Below are positions 27,573 to 39,288 of a stretch of DNA of 64,000 bases, piece after piece (position 1 is the first letter of the stretch; the number at the start of each line of letters is the position of its first letter). A program made the translations under genes and the position numbers. The DNA comes from Macrostomum lignano. Its lineage: Eukaryota. Under the pieces are notes generated by a model, which did not search any database, was not told where the DNA came from, and saw nothing but the letters and a program-made list of their open reading frames with translations. The stretch spans positions 310,001-374,000 of the forward strand of contig NIVC01000067.1 of assembly GCA_002269645.1 (NCBI GenBank), read 5' to 3'.

Positions 27573-27840
27573 ATAGTAATAAATGAAACAATGCCATGAT
27601 TAATGATAAAAAAGTACCCAGAAATACACAGAAAACACAAAGTTCGAGTCTTACCTGCACTGATTTAAAAAATTCCGTATTTCTCTGAAGTGAACTTTCA
27701 TTCCACCCTTGATATATATTCTCTAGCGGGAAGTTTTTGAGGTCGCTATCAGCGTGCAACGCGGTTGTCACATTTTGTGCAGTCCGTAGTTTTGACTTAA
27801 GATTTTGCAGTCGCCGTTTATCAGTAGCAGTTGAGGGCAT
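27559..27840 (-). CDS. hypothetical protein, possibly the frameshifted N-terminus of the RING gene
   Basis: ATG-started ORF overlapping the RING ORF in another frame. Confidence 0.4.
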   Translation of the reverse strand: MPSTATDKRRLQNLKSKLRTAQNVTTALHADSDLKNFPLENIYQGWNESSLQRNTEFFKSVQVRLELCVFCVFLGTFLSLIMALFHLLLFEGG

Positions 27841-28244
27841 ATGTGGGGAGAAGCAGCCCGAGTGTTTCTGTGTTTGCTTAAATATAGCTAGCCGTAGAAA
27901 ATTCTAGAAAATTCCAGACTGTACAATCTTGGAGTCAAGCAGGGAAAACAATCGATATAGCTCAGTGTACGATAGAGCATGAGGCGTGTGAATGTGAGGG
28001 GTGAGACTTCTCTATAGACAAAGCATAGGGTGAGGAGGTGAGGAGCATGAAGGAGAAGCATGGTGGAACGAGAGATTGTAGCCGAAACCAGTGTGCTCAA
28101 GACTGTACACTTGTGTGGAGAAAAGCGAAGCGAAGGCCAAGGGGCCAGTTTGCGATAAAATTTGGCCTTACTCGAGGCCAAAATCCTTTGCGTTCTGGCC
28201 TTTTGGCCTTCGCTTCTTTTCGCTCCACACAAGTGGAGAGAGAA

Positions 28245-28694
28245 TCATTCTGCTCTCTCAACCCCCAGCTCTTTCAACAGTCTTCCTAGTTCTTGACTTG
28301 GCGCGTGCAATGCAAAACCCACCCCACCTTCGCCTTGAACCCCCAAACCCAACTTTGCCTTACTAAAAATAACAGCTTTAACTAGCTTCCGAGCGATCGA
28401 TTCCTTCCACCCGCTTGAAGCCCCTATATTGTCTAGTCTCTTAAGCATTTCTTTGTCCCAACGATTCTTCTCCTCAGGAAAATCTCTATATTTAACGTCA
28501 TGCCACATGCAGACAGAGTCTAGCTCGTTCACAGGCTCATGCCCAGGATTTGGATTATTGTTTTTATCTAACTGTATTTCAAGTGGATTCAAAGGCCCGC
28601 AATATTTATAGCCGGGAAGTGTCCAGCCTTTGTTTAGATGAGGAAGCTTTTCTATCAGTCCATGTGAATCTATTTTACCACCAGAGCGTTGCAT
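28245..28694 (-). CDS. parvovirus VP1u-type phospholipase A2-like protein
   Basis: LPGYKYCGP Ca-loop and LDSVCMWHDVKY catalytic HD motif. Confidence 0.85.
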   Translation of the reverse strand: MQRSGGKIDSHGLIEKLPHLNKGWTLPGYKYCGPLNPLEIQLDKNNNPNPGHEPVNELDSVCMWHDVKYRDFPEEKNRWDKEMLKRLDNIGASSGWKESIARKLVKAVIFSKAKLGLGVQGEGGVGFALHAPSQELGRLLKELGVERAE

Positions 28695-28724
28695 TATTTT
28701 ATTTTAAATTTTCTTTTTAAAAAA

Positions 28725-29761
28725 ATGACAGATCAGAAACTTAAAAAACTCTACTACAGCGACAAAGGATTCTTTGTAGGAAAAAATGCAGTCACCAAAC
28801 TCGCAGAACTAAGTAAGGAACCAAAAGCTAAAGTAGAAAAGTGGCTCTCTAAGCAGGCTGTCTTTCAAGTCTATTTCCCACCAGTAAAATTTGAAAGGCC
28901 CATTTCAGTATTTATAAACCTAATGAAGCGCACCAAGCAGATCTTTTGTTTCTCCCCAACGACTCAGGCTACAAGTATGCTCTTACAATTATTGACATTG
29001 CTTCCAGATATAAGGAAGCTCGCCCACTCAAGACGAAGAAGTCAGAGGTTGTTGCCAGCGCACTGCAAGATATTTATAAAAACTCTCCGCTCACATACCC
29101 CCAAATCTTTATGACCGACCCGGGTAAGGAATTCATGGGTGTAGTGAAATCCCTTATGGAAAAGAAAAACACAGAGATTCGCTATGGCAGAACAAACTTG
29201 CACAGAGACCAGGCTTTTGTGGAAAGATTCAATCTAACTCTAGCCAAGAGACTATTCACTAAGCAGACAGCGCAAGAACTCAAACTGAGTGCGGGGCAGT
29301 ACTATACCAAGTGGACAGAAATACTCCCCACTGTTATAGAGCAACTGAACAATGAAGTCACACGCATGACTGGATTGAAACCATCCCATGCAATTAAACA
29401 AGACACTGTCGAACTTAAGGCATCTCATAGAACAGACAACAACACGACAACCCCACACAACACACACAACACAAAACACACCTCGAACTACCCTAAGCTT
29501 CCAGGAGTTGAATCACCATACATACTGACAAACTCTGAGTTTCTACGCTTTTTATATCTACCTGGAGAGCTAGAGAAAGACACCAAAAGAAGAGCTACAG
29601 ATCCATACTTCAGCCTTGATGTGCATAAAATAGACAGACATTTTACCTCCGACTCCGGTGACTATTACTTTTTATCTCAAGCCTTTAACCCTAAATCCCC
29701 CACGCGGTCATTCACTAGAGCTGAACTCCTAGTGATACCAGCTGACACAGAAATTAATTAA
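28725..29761 (+). pseudogene. int: retroviral-type (rve) integrase with one 1-nt deletion at ~28899
   Basis: HQADLLFLP, KYALTIIDIASRY, TDPGKEF, VERFNLTL; frames join at AGG CC|CAT (RPHF). Confidence 0.88.
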
Positions 29762-29777
29762 AATATTAAAATAAAAA

Positions 29778-30233
29778 ATGACAAAGATTGAAACTAGAAC
29801 CATCAATAAACTCAATAAAATCATTGAATCAAAGAAACCAGGTATTATATCAATTAAAGGTGTCAAAGTAAAAATCGATCCCACGCAGCAAATAGTTCAG
29901 TGTAATGAACAAAGACACAGCATCACAGATGAAAAGTCAGGAGGAATCCTACCATTAGCAGCTCTTTTTCCGATCATTGCAGGCGCTGTAAGTGCCGCAG
30001 GTGGTGTAGCTGGAGGTGTAGCAACTGCTGTTAAAGCTGGGAATGATAGAGCCCACCAGCTGGAATTGCAAAAGATTGCAAGAGACAAAGGTATAACAAT
30101 TAAGGCAGGAGATGGTTGCCCTGATTTTGATGATTGTGATGATTGTGAGCATGAAAATTCTGTAAGCAAGTCTGACATTGTCAAAGCCATCATGACACTG
30201 CATAATGCTGGGTTTACAATAATGCGGATGTGA
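29778..30233 (+). CDS. virion core/membrane-active precursor-like protein
   Basis: SGG|ILPLAALFPIIAGAVSAAGG amphipathic segment after a Gly-Gly site; homologous motif at 53326-53778. Confidence 0.6.
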   Translation: MTKIETRTINKLNKIIESKKPGIISIKGVKVKIDPTQQIVQCNEQRHSITDEKSGGILPLAALFPIIAGAVSAAGGVAGGVATAVKAGNDRAHQLELQKIARDKGITIKAGDGCPDFDDCDDCEHENSVSKSDIVKAIMTLHNAGFTIMRM

Positions 30234-30539
30234 TGAGGTTTAAAACCCCACTTTATCCAGCTTCATAAACCTAATACTACTTATAGGATGTAGAAACAGT
30301 TCAACTTTTCTATCAGGGTGGTCACCCTCAAAATTTTTTTTATATTTTCGAGAAAAATGCCAAAAGCTAATCCAGCAAGAGATTTAGTCAACAAACTAGC
30401 AATCTTCGCCCCCCGATGGGGGACATCTGGATAGAATCTCTGTTTTCTAAAGTAACAAAAAGACAGCCAAAAATCCTTCAAAAAGACAACAGACAAACTG
30501 CTCAAATGAAGTGCATTGCAAAAAGAAATCATCCCAAGA

Positions 30540-31000
30540 CTGCAAGCATCCCCCAGATAGCAAGCATCCCCTAGATAGCAAGCATCCCCAAGATGGCAAG
30601 CATCCCCCAGATAGCAAGCATCCCCCAGATTGCAAGCATCCCCCAGATAGCAAGCATCCCCAAGATAGCAAGCATCCCTCAGATAGCAAGCATCCCCCAG
30701 ATAGCAAGCATCCCCCAGATAGCAAGCATCCCCCAGATAGCAAGCATCCCCCAGAAAGCAAGCATCCCCCAGATAGCAAGCATCCCCCAGATAGCAAGCA
30801 TCCCCCAGATAGCAAGCATCACCCAGATAGCAAGCATCCCCCAGATAGCAAGCATCCCCCAGATAGCAAGCATCCCCCAGATAGCAAGCATCCCCCAGAT
30901 AGCAAGCATCCCCCAGATAGCAAGCATCCCCCAGATAGCAAGCATCCCCAGATAGCAAGCATCCCCAAGATAGATAGCATCCCCAAATAGCAAGCATCCA
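30540..31000. repeat. 18-bp minisatellite (GATAGCAAGCATCCCCCA)n inside the Helitron
   Basis: Direct observation. Confidence 0.95.
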
Positions 31001-31099
31001 CCAGACAATAAGTAGCTAGTGCGACAATTTCCTTAGCATTATAGCGGCTCCTTTAAAATTCGCTTACTTTTACGTTTGAAATTGTGTATCTTTTTATGT

Positions 31100-33362
31100 T
31101 TAACAGGGTGGCTCTTTTATGTTCTACGCTCGTACATGGTAACTCTTTTATGTTTGATACGGTGGCTTTTCAATGTCTGACATAGTGGCTCTTCTATGTT
31201 TGACATGGGGGCTCTTCTATGTTTGACATGGGGGCTCTTCTATGTTTGACATGGGGGCTCTTCTATGTTTGACATGGGGGCTCTTCTATGTTTTACAAAG
31301 TGGCTTTTTAATGTTCAAAAAGGTGGCTCTTTTATGTTTGACATGGTGGCTCTTTAATGTTTGACATGGTGGCTCTTTAATGTTTGACATGGTGGCTCTT
31401 TAATGTTTGACATGGTGGCTCTTTAATGTTAGACAAAGTAGCTCTTTAATGTTTGACATGGTGGCTCTTTAATGTTAGACAAAGTAGCTCTTTAATGTTT
31501 GACATGATGGCTCTTTAATGATAGACATGGTGGCTCTTTAATTTTTGACATGGTGGCTCTTTAATGTTGGACATGGTGGCTCTTTAATGTTAGACATGGT
31601 GGCTCTTTAATGTTCGACATAAAGTCACTTATATGTTTGACATGATGGCTCTTTTATGTTTAACATGGTGGCTCTTTAATGTTTGACATGGTAGCTCTTT
31701 TATGTTCGACATGGTGGCTCTTTAATGTTCGACATGGTGGCTCTTTTATGTTCGACATGGTGTCGCTTCAATGTTTGACATGGAGTTACGTATATGTTTT
31801 ACATGGTGGCTCTTTTATGTTCGACGTGGTGGCTCTTTAATGTTTGACATGGGGTCTCTTCAATGTTTGACATGGAGTTACGTATATGTTTGACATGGTG
31901 GCTCTTTAATGTTTTACATGGTGGCACTTTCATGTTTGACCTGGTGGCTCTTAAATGTTTGACATGGTGGCTCTGTAATGTTTGACATGGTGTCTCTTTA
32001 ACGTTTGACATAGAGTCATGTATATGTTTGACATGGTGGCTCTTAAATGTTTGACATGGTGGCTCTTTAATATTTGACATGGTGGCCCTTTTATGTTCGA
32101 CATGGTGGCTCTTTAATGTTTGACATGGAGTCATATATATGTTTGACCTGGTGGCTCTTGTATTTTTAACACGTTGGCTCTTTAATGTTCGACATGGTGG
32201 CTCTTAAATGTCTAACATGGAGTCACGTATATGTTTGACATGGAGTCATGTATATGTCTGGTATGGTAGCTCTTTAATGTTTTACATGGAGTCACCTATA
32301 TGTTTCACATGGTGGCTATTTTATGTTTGACATGGTGCTTCTTAAATGTTCGACATGGTGGCTCTTTAATGTTTTACATGGTGGCACTTTCATGTTTGAC
32401 CTGGTGGCTCTTTAATGTTTGACATGGTGGCTCTTTAATATTTGACATGGTGGCCCTTTTATGTTCGACATGGTGGCTCTTTAATGTTTGACATGGAGTC
32501 ATGTATATGTTTGACCTGGTGGCTCTTTAATGTTTGACATGGTGGCTCTTTAATGTTTTACATGGTGGCACTTTCATGTTTGACCTGGTGGCTCTTTAAT
32601 GTTTGACATGGTGGCTCTTTAATATTTGACATGGTGGCCCTTTTATGTTCGACATGGTGGCTCTTTAATGTTTGACATGGAGTCATGTATATGTTTGACC
32701 TGGTGGCACTTTCATGTTTGACCTGGTGGCTCTTTAATGTTTGACATGGTGGCTTTTTAATATTTGACATGGTGGCACTTTCATGTTTGACCTGGTGGGT
32801 CTTTAATGTTTGACATGGTACCTCTTTTATGTTCGACATGGTGGCTCTTTAATGTTTTACATGGTGGCTCTTTAATGTTTGACATGGTGGCTCTTTAATG
32901 TTTGATAAGGTGGCTCTTTAATGTTTGACATTGTGGCTCTTTAATATTTGACAAGGTGGCTCTTTAATGTTTAAAATGGTGGCTCTTTAATTTTCGAAAT
33001 GGTGGCTGTTTTATGTTTGACATGGTGGCTCTTTAATGTTCGACATGGTGGCTCTTTAATGTTCTTAATGGTGTCTGTTTTATGTTTGACCTGGCGGCTC
33101 TTTAATGTTTGACATGGTAACTCTTTTAGGTTTGAAATGGTGTCTCTTTAATGTTTGCCATTGTGGCTCTTTAATGTTTGACATGGTGGCTTTTTAATGT
33201 TCGACATGGTGGCTCTTTTAGGTTTGAAATGGTAACTCTTGTATGTTTGATATGGTGGCTCTTTTATGTTCGACATGGTGGCTCTTTAATGTTTGACATT
33301 GTGGCTCTTTAATGTTTGAAATGGTGGCTCTTTAATGTTTCGACATGGTGGCTCTTTAATGT
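31100..33362. repeat. degenerate 23-bp minisatellite (ATGTTTGACATGGTGGCTCTTTA)n inside the Helitron
   Basis: Direct observation. Confidence 0.93.
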
Positions 33363-36300
33363 TGAGAATTTTGTGTTTTTTAACGTGTTTTAATAAAAAA
33401 AACATTTTTCACCACTAAGATTCGAACCAAGGTCGCTACATTAGCATTCCAGTCTGTTTGCATCCGGCTATCTCTTTTCAATTGGAGAACATGACTTGTG
33501 GCCCTTATAATTCAATACTTATAGCAAGTCGGTAAGAGTAAAAAGTTATGACATAATCAATTTCTCAGTCAGCCAGTATCAGTCTCAATTCAAGTTAGCA
33601 ATATGGTTACGCAATTTCAATGAAGTCTTGTGTGCGTTTCTGTGGCACTGTTTTCACCTTGTTGTGATGCAATCTTTATCACAATCGTAATTCAGCCAGT
33701 CAGTTTTTTCTCTAGCATTCTTACAATGCATTTCAAGTCAAAAATTTGGCTTGACCTTTGCAAAAAAGCATGTTTTTCGAATATTTAATCCCTTTAACAT
33801 TGAGCAATTTCTTAGCCAAGATACATGTACCGTCCCAGGAACATTTCTGATCGAATGGTGCAAGTTTGAAGAAAATCGGTTGAGCCATTTTTTCTGAAAT
33901 CTATCGCATAGCTAGTTAGTTACAGACATTTCATTTTTAGTATATAGGATATTTTTCAAAAGGCGTCTCATTTCAAGACAAAAGTAATTCACTAAGAGAA
34001 GCATGCAAACAAAAGTTCAACACCGACCCTGGTCACCTGGGAAGCTATGAAAAACAGTTGGAAATCATCAATCAATTAGAATCAAACCAGTATGCGCCTA
34101 TAAAAAATTCTGCAAAGGAACACCAAGAGAGGAGTCGCAACTTAGTTAACAAATATGAAACTCTCACTGGTGAAAAAGCAAAGTACCCACAAAATAAGCA
34201 GGAACAAGAGAAATTAGAGCAATTAATCCATTTAAAAGAGTCGGAGCTTGCCACTGAAGAGATTAATTTTGCACAGACGAAGTTTACAGAACATTACATA
34301 GAGTACACAATCCCAATTAACGGCACCAACGGTACCACCGCAAATATCTACGACTATAAAGACAGCATCCAATCAGTTGTTGATCACACACTCAAAACAC
34401 GCAAGACCTTTAAACTACAGATATCATTCAAGATTGCGTTTTATATGCCTGCAAAACCCACTGAGCATCTCGAGTATTACATGACAACAAAGGCAAAGCC
34501 ATTCACCCCAACAGACACACTGGATCCTTTCCTTCAAGATGTCAATAAGAAAATTGAAGCGTTTACATCCAGAGGTTCCGGATGGGTCGTGGGAGGGATT
34601 CAAAGAGCGACTGTCAGGGTCATGAAATATGACCCACTTAAAGCCTCCTCTTATATAGAGCTCCCGCATAAGCTAGCCGGTAAAAAAGCTTGCATAAATG
34701 TTAAAAATAAAGACAATTGCTGTGCTCTATGGGCAGTTCTTTCTGCACTTTTTAGTGTCCCTCACCACCCCGAAAGAACCTCAAATTATCAAAATTATTT
34801 TAACTACTATCTCATTGAATGCGAAAAGAAGGGAATCAGGTTTGACAAAGGAGGCTTGGCAATCTCTCAAATCCCAAAGCTAGAAGAAGTGTTTAATAAC
34901 AAAATTAGAATCACAGTCTTTGAGTGGAGTGAGAAAACTGAGAAAGTTCAACCGGTCAGATGTAGCAAAGACGTTTTAGATCCCGAGGGGAAAAGGCGGA
35001 CTGAAGTGGATCTTCTAGTGATTGGTAATTTACTAGAGGAGGCTCACTATGTTTGGATTAAAGATCTTTCAAGACTCATACACAAGCAGTTGAATAATCA
35101 TCACGAGGCTGTTGCCATCTGCCGCTTGTGCCTTAAGCATTACAGTGGACCTGAGCGCTTTGAAAAGCTAACAGAGCATGAATTATCATGCGAGGATCAC
35201 CCGACAAACTGCTCTCTTCCTTCAGCTGAAGAGAAGTATCTCCGGTTTAAGAACTATCACAAGATGGAGAAGCTCCCATTTGTTGTATATGCTGATTTCG
35301 AATGCTCAATCATGCCAGAAACTCAAAAACAAACTCCAACTCAAAAACAAACTCCAACTCAAAAACAAACTCAAACTCAAAAACAAACTCCAACTCAAAA
35401 ACAAACTCAAACTCAAAAACATGTCCCCAATTCAGTAGCATATGCCTTTATTAATACAAAAGGACTTGTTGAGTATAATTATTTCTTTGGAGAGCAGTGT
35501 GTGGAGCAGTTTATTGCCAGAATGTTAGAGTTGCAAAAAGTGATTAGCACCCTTCAACCTGTTCCAATAATGATGACTGAGGAGGATGAAAGCAATTTAC
35601 TATCAGCAACTCATTGCCACATCTGCAGGAAACATTTAACTTGCACTAATATTAAAAACCCCACCGTTAGGGACCACTGCCACTTTACTGGGAAATTTAG
35701 AGGTGCAGCGCATAACACCTGTAATCTAAAGCTAAAATCGAACATTCATGATCTAACGATATTTTGTCACAACGCAAAGAACTATGACATGCATTTAATA
35801 GTTGAAAAAATCGGCATGATTCCAGACATACACCTTGACTGCATCGCAGAGAACAAGGAGAAGTTTAAGTGTGTTGATATTAAACAGGATAATTCGGGTA
35901 CAGGTAAAATAAGACTGAAGGATTCATATCAATTTCTAGCTGCCAGTCTAGACGAACTAAGCAAGAATCTAAAAGATGAACAATGTACATATACAAAGAT
36001 GTTTGCAAGTAAAATTTACAACAGTGATGAATCATTTAAACTTTTAAGAAAGAAAGGCTTCTACCCCTATGAAAATATTACTGGGTATCACGTATTTGAA
36101 GAAGGTTTACCACCACAGGAGAAGTTCTTTTCAAAGCTAACAGACTCTGAAATCTCTGACAAAGACTATGAGCACGCGAAGCATGTCTATAATTACTTTA
36201 ATTGTCAAAACTTCTTCCAGTATCACCTGCTTTACCTCTACACAGATGTGTTTCTGCTGGCCGATGTGTTTGAAACCTTCAGATCCACCTGGTACACAGC

Positions 36301-37861
36301 ATACGGCCTCGATCCAGCACATTATGTGTCTCTGCCTGCCACTAGCTGGGAATCTTTGCTTAAAATGAAATGGGATCAAGATCCAGATTGGTACATTGAA
36401 CTTCTTACAGACATTGACATGTACAATTTTGTCGAATCGTCAAAGCGAGGGGGAATCTCAATTTGCACCCATAGATATGCAAAAGCAAACAATCCCTACA
36501 TTGAATCTTACAATAAGGAGCAGCCCTCAAACTACATTACTTACTTGGACGCTAATAATCTCTACGGGTGGGCGATGAGTCAAGATCTTCCAGTTAGAGA
36601 TTTTCGATGGCTACCCTCATCAGAATTTAAATGGGACTTTTCATTGGCTGCCATTTATGAGGTTGATGTTTACATTCCACCAGAGCTTCACGACTATTTC
36701 TCTGACTTTCCACCCTTCCCAGAGAACATCAAGTGCCCGAAAATAATCGAAACTCCCAATGATAATAATGGAACTTGGCACCTGTCAGGAACAGAAAAAG
36801 AACATACAGAGAAACTAACACAGAATCTAAACAACAAGACACGTTACAAAATCCATTACAAACTGCTTCAGTATTTTATCTCACTTGGTTGTAGGGTCAC
36901 CAAAGTTCACAGGGCTCTTACATTTACAGAGGAAGCGTGGATGAAACCCTACATTGATAAGAACACCCAGTTTAGGACCAAAGCAACCAACGACTTTGAC
37001 AAGAACCTCTTTAAGTTGGCCAACAACTCTGTCTATGGCAAGACTCTTGAGAATGAGCGGAAAAGAACAAACCTGAAACTTGTTACCTCATCAGAGCCTG
37101 ATGTTATTCAGGCAAATTTGTCAAAGCCAACATTCAAAGAACTCCATATCTTTAATAGCTACTTAGGTGTGATCATATTTTACAAAACCAAGGTGACGCT
37201 GCGCAAGCCGATCTATACAGGTGTCACTGTACTCGACGAATCAAAACGTCTGATGTACCAGTTCTTCTATGGCATGAAGCAGCAGTACAAGGATAAAATG
37301 AAACTCTTGTACACTGACACAGACAGTTTTATTATGGACATTCAAACAGAAGACATTTATCAGGACATGCTGCAGCAAAAAGATTTGTTTGACTTGTCTG
37401 AGTATGATAAATCTTTCAGGACACAGAATGGCGATCAAGTGTTTGACGCTACTAACAAGAAAGTGATTGGGAAAATGAAGGACGAGATTGCTGGTGACAT
37501 AATCACTGAATTCATTGGGTTGAGAGCAAAGTCCTATTTTGTAAAATGTGAGTCGTCAGACCCAATTAAAAAATCAAAGGGAATTCCGAAACGTGTGGTT
37601 AGGAAGGAAATTAATGAAGCTGAATACAAAGACGCCTTGAATTGCAACAAAAAGACATCACATGAGTTCTCAAAGCTACAATCCAAAAACCATATTATTC
37701 ACACAATTCGGCAAAAGAAGATTGGACTGTCAGGTGCAGATAACAAGAGATTCATTTTTGATGACAATATCAACAGTCTACCGTTCGGGCATTGGAGGTT
37801 AGGTTTAGGAGGTGGATATTGGGTTTAGGTTTGAGAGAAAGTTTAATAAACCTCATAAAAA

Positions 37862-38263
37862 ATGACAACAAATAACTTTCTTGAAGATTTGGCTAACGAA
37901 CTGGAAATCCCAAACTTTAGAGGAATATTTATGAGGGACACTCTGCCTGATTTTCCTCTAAGAAAAGAATGCGGCATCATGAACTTTGACACCACCGATA
38001 AGCCAGGATCTCATTGGGTTTGCTGGGTGATTGATCCCAATCGCAAGCACAAGTGTTATTACTTCGATAGCTATGGGACGGCAGTACCAGAAGAGCTAAG
38101 AAATTATATGAAGGGAAAAAATAATAAAAAAATTTATCGCTCAGACTTTATTCTCCAAGGTCTTAGCAGTGATATTTGCGGTGAGCTGTGCATGACTGTT
38201 TTGTATGCAATGACCAAAACACGAAAGACCTACAAGGAAATTATTCGTACCTGTGTTTCATAA
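37862..38263 (+). CDS. adenain-like cysteine maturation protease (Polinton 1)
   Basis: GSHWVC, YFDSYG, LQGLSSDICG: His-Asp-Gln-Cys present. Confidence 0.9.
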   Translation: MTTNNFLEDLANELEIPNFRGIFMRDTLPDFPLRKECGIMNFDTTDKPGSHWVCWVIDPNRKHKCYYFDSYGTAVPEELRNYMKGKNNKKIYRSDFILQGLSSDICGELCMTVLYAMTKTRKTYKEIIRTCVS

Positions 38264-38267
38264 GGGT

Positions 38268-38664
38268 TCATTGTGCATTCCTCGTTGTACTTCTCGTTGT
38301 CCTTCTTTCCACATAATGTTGAAGAACTTTCTCGAGTTCATTTCTCAGCTGACTCATGTCATCAGTACCGACCATGTTCAAGTTCATTCGAATTGATTGT
38401 TCATAAAGATCCTGAATGGTTTTGAACTCATCCTCTGAAATGAACTTATCGTCTATTGCTCTTGAAATGTACCCTATGATTGATGTGTGCACCCCTTTCT
38501 CTTTTACTTGCTTCTCCTGTAGCTGCTTTAGTTTTTTTCGCCTGTTTCGCGCTAATGCTCCAGTAATTGCTGAAATAAGTCCACATGCAGCACCCACAGA
38601 GCCGAGCGGGATTGCGATTGGGGCTGTGATGACTGGCAACGTTGAGACAGCTGCAGCAGATCCA
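38268..38664 (-). pseudogene. two-helix membrane protein of Polinton 1, 5'-truncated by the Polinton 2 TIR
   Basis: Hydrophobic GSAAAVSTLPVITAPIAIPLG..GLISAI plus SRAIDDKFISEDEF; same family pattern as 39289-40029. Confidence 0.7.
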
Positions 38665-39246
38665 AGTAGTAGTATGTTATAAGGGGCTGCGCCACACTTA
38701 TCGCTCGGGCGCATTACGCGCCAGCTCGCTGGATGACTCAGCCCCTTATAACATACTACTACTACCAGGTGGTCATGGATTCAAGTGTGTGTGTGATAAA
38801 TATAAAAAAAAAATATATAAATATACATATATCTGTGCCTGAGGGTGTTGAGGGTGAGGGCATGTGGGGGGCATTGGCCTGTGGTATATTTCTCAGAAGA
38901 CAGAATTTCCGGATTTTTATACTTTTAAAAAGGGGGGGTGCCCTCGCCCTCATGCCCTCACTCATTTTGAAAATCACTAAAAATAACTGAAAAATGACTA
39001 AAAACAGGTGAAAATGGTCTGAAAACAGCGATTTTTTGTGATTTTCTATTTTTTTTTAAAAAGTGCAATTTTCACGATTCCAGCTCTAAAACCATGAGAA
39101 AGGTTGGATCCTCGGGTCAATTTAATGCAATTTCAGGTATATACAATATGAAAGTGTCATCCAATTCAACGATAGTAAATTTTATATATATAAAATGGCC
39201 TTCAGTAAACCATTATTTCTAGGAAATGCTTTAGATATTCAGTCAG
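38665..39246 (+). repeat. left TIR of Polinton 2 (582 bp)
   Basis: Inverse of 56348-56913; about 16 substitutions and 4 indels by eye. Confidence 0.95.
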
Positions 39247-39288
39247 GTATAGACATAATTGACAATTAGGCATAATCGCCATATAAAA

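Larger units (their letters stand above)
30396..33949 (-). mobile_element. non-autonomous Helitron, 3554 bp
   Basis: Minus strand: A|TCCTATATACTAAAAATG...GGCTCAACCGATTT 5' end; CCCCCATCGGGGG hairpin ~10 nt before CTAG|T 3' end; no TSD; removal restores the PolB frame. Confidence 0.9.
30357..37828 (+). pseudogene. polB: protein-primed family B DNA polymerase (1305 aa when rejoined), split after codon 13 by a Helitron
   Basis: Pieces 30357-30395 (MPKANPARDLVNK) + 33950-37828 join in frame; SRGSGW, vOTU-like DNCC..HYVWI, ExoI YADFE, ExoII HNAKNYD, ExoIII YTDV, LDANNLYG, KLANNSVYGK, YTDTDS. Confidence 0.93.
27231..38664. mobile_element. Polinton/Maverick (adintovirus-like) element 1, partial; no capsid or ATPase genes in the window
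   Basis: Compact intronless cluster: RING, PLA2, rve integrase, core protein, pPolB, adenain protease; cut on the right by Polinton 2; left end not proven. Confidence 0.85.

Noticed and set aside
28885-28905. Programmed -1 ribosomal frameshift in the Polinton 1 integrase
   Set aside because: The only slippery-like heptamer (AAATTTG) is in the wrong phase and is followed by a stop in the -1 frame. A lost C in a CCCC run is simpler.
30281-32839. GDACYL / DSKHPP / IASIPQ and CQTLKSHH repeat ORFs
   Set aside because: Minisatellite translations inside the Helitron
30396-33949. Helitron removed as an intron from the PolB mRNA
   Set aside because: On the + strand it begins CTAG and ends GGA, not GT...AG
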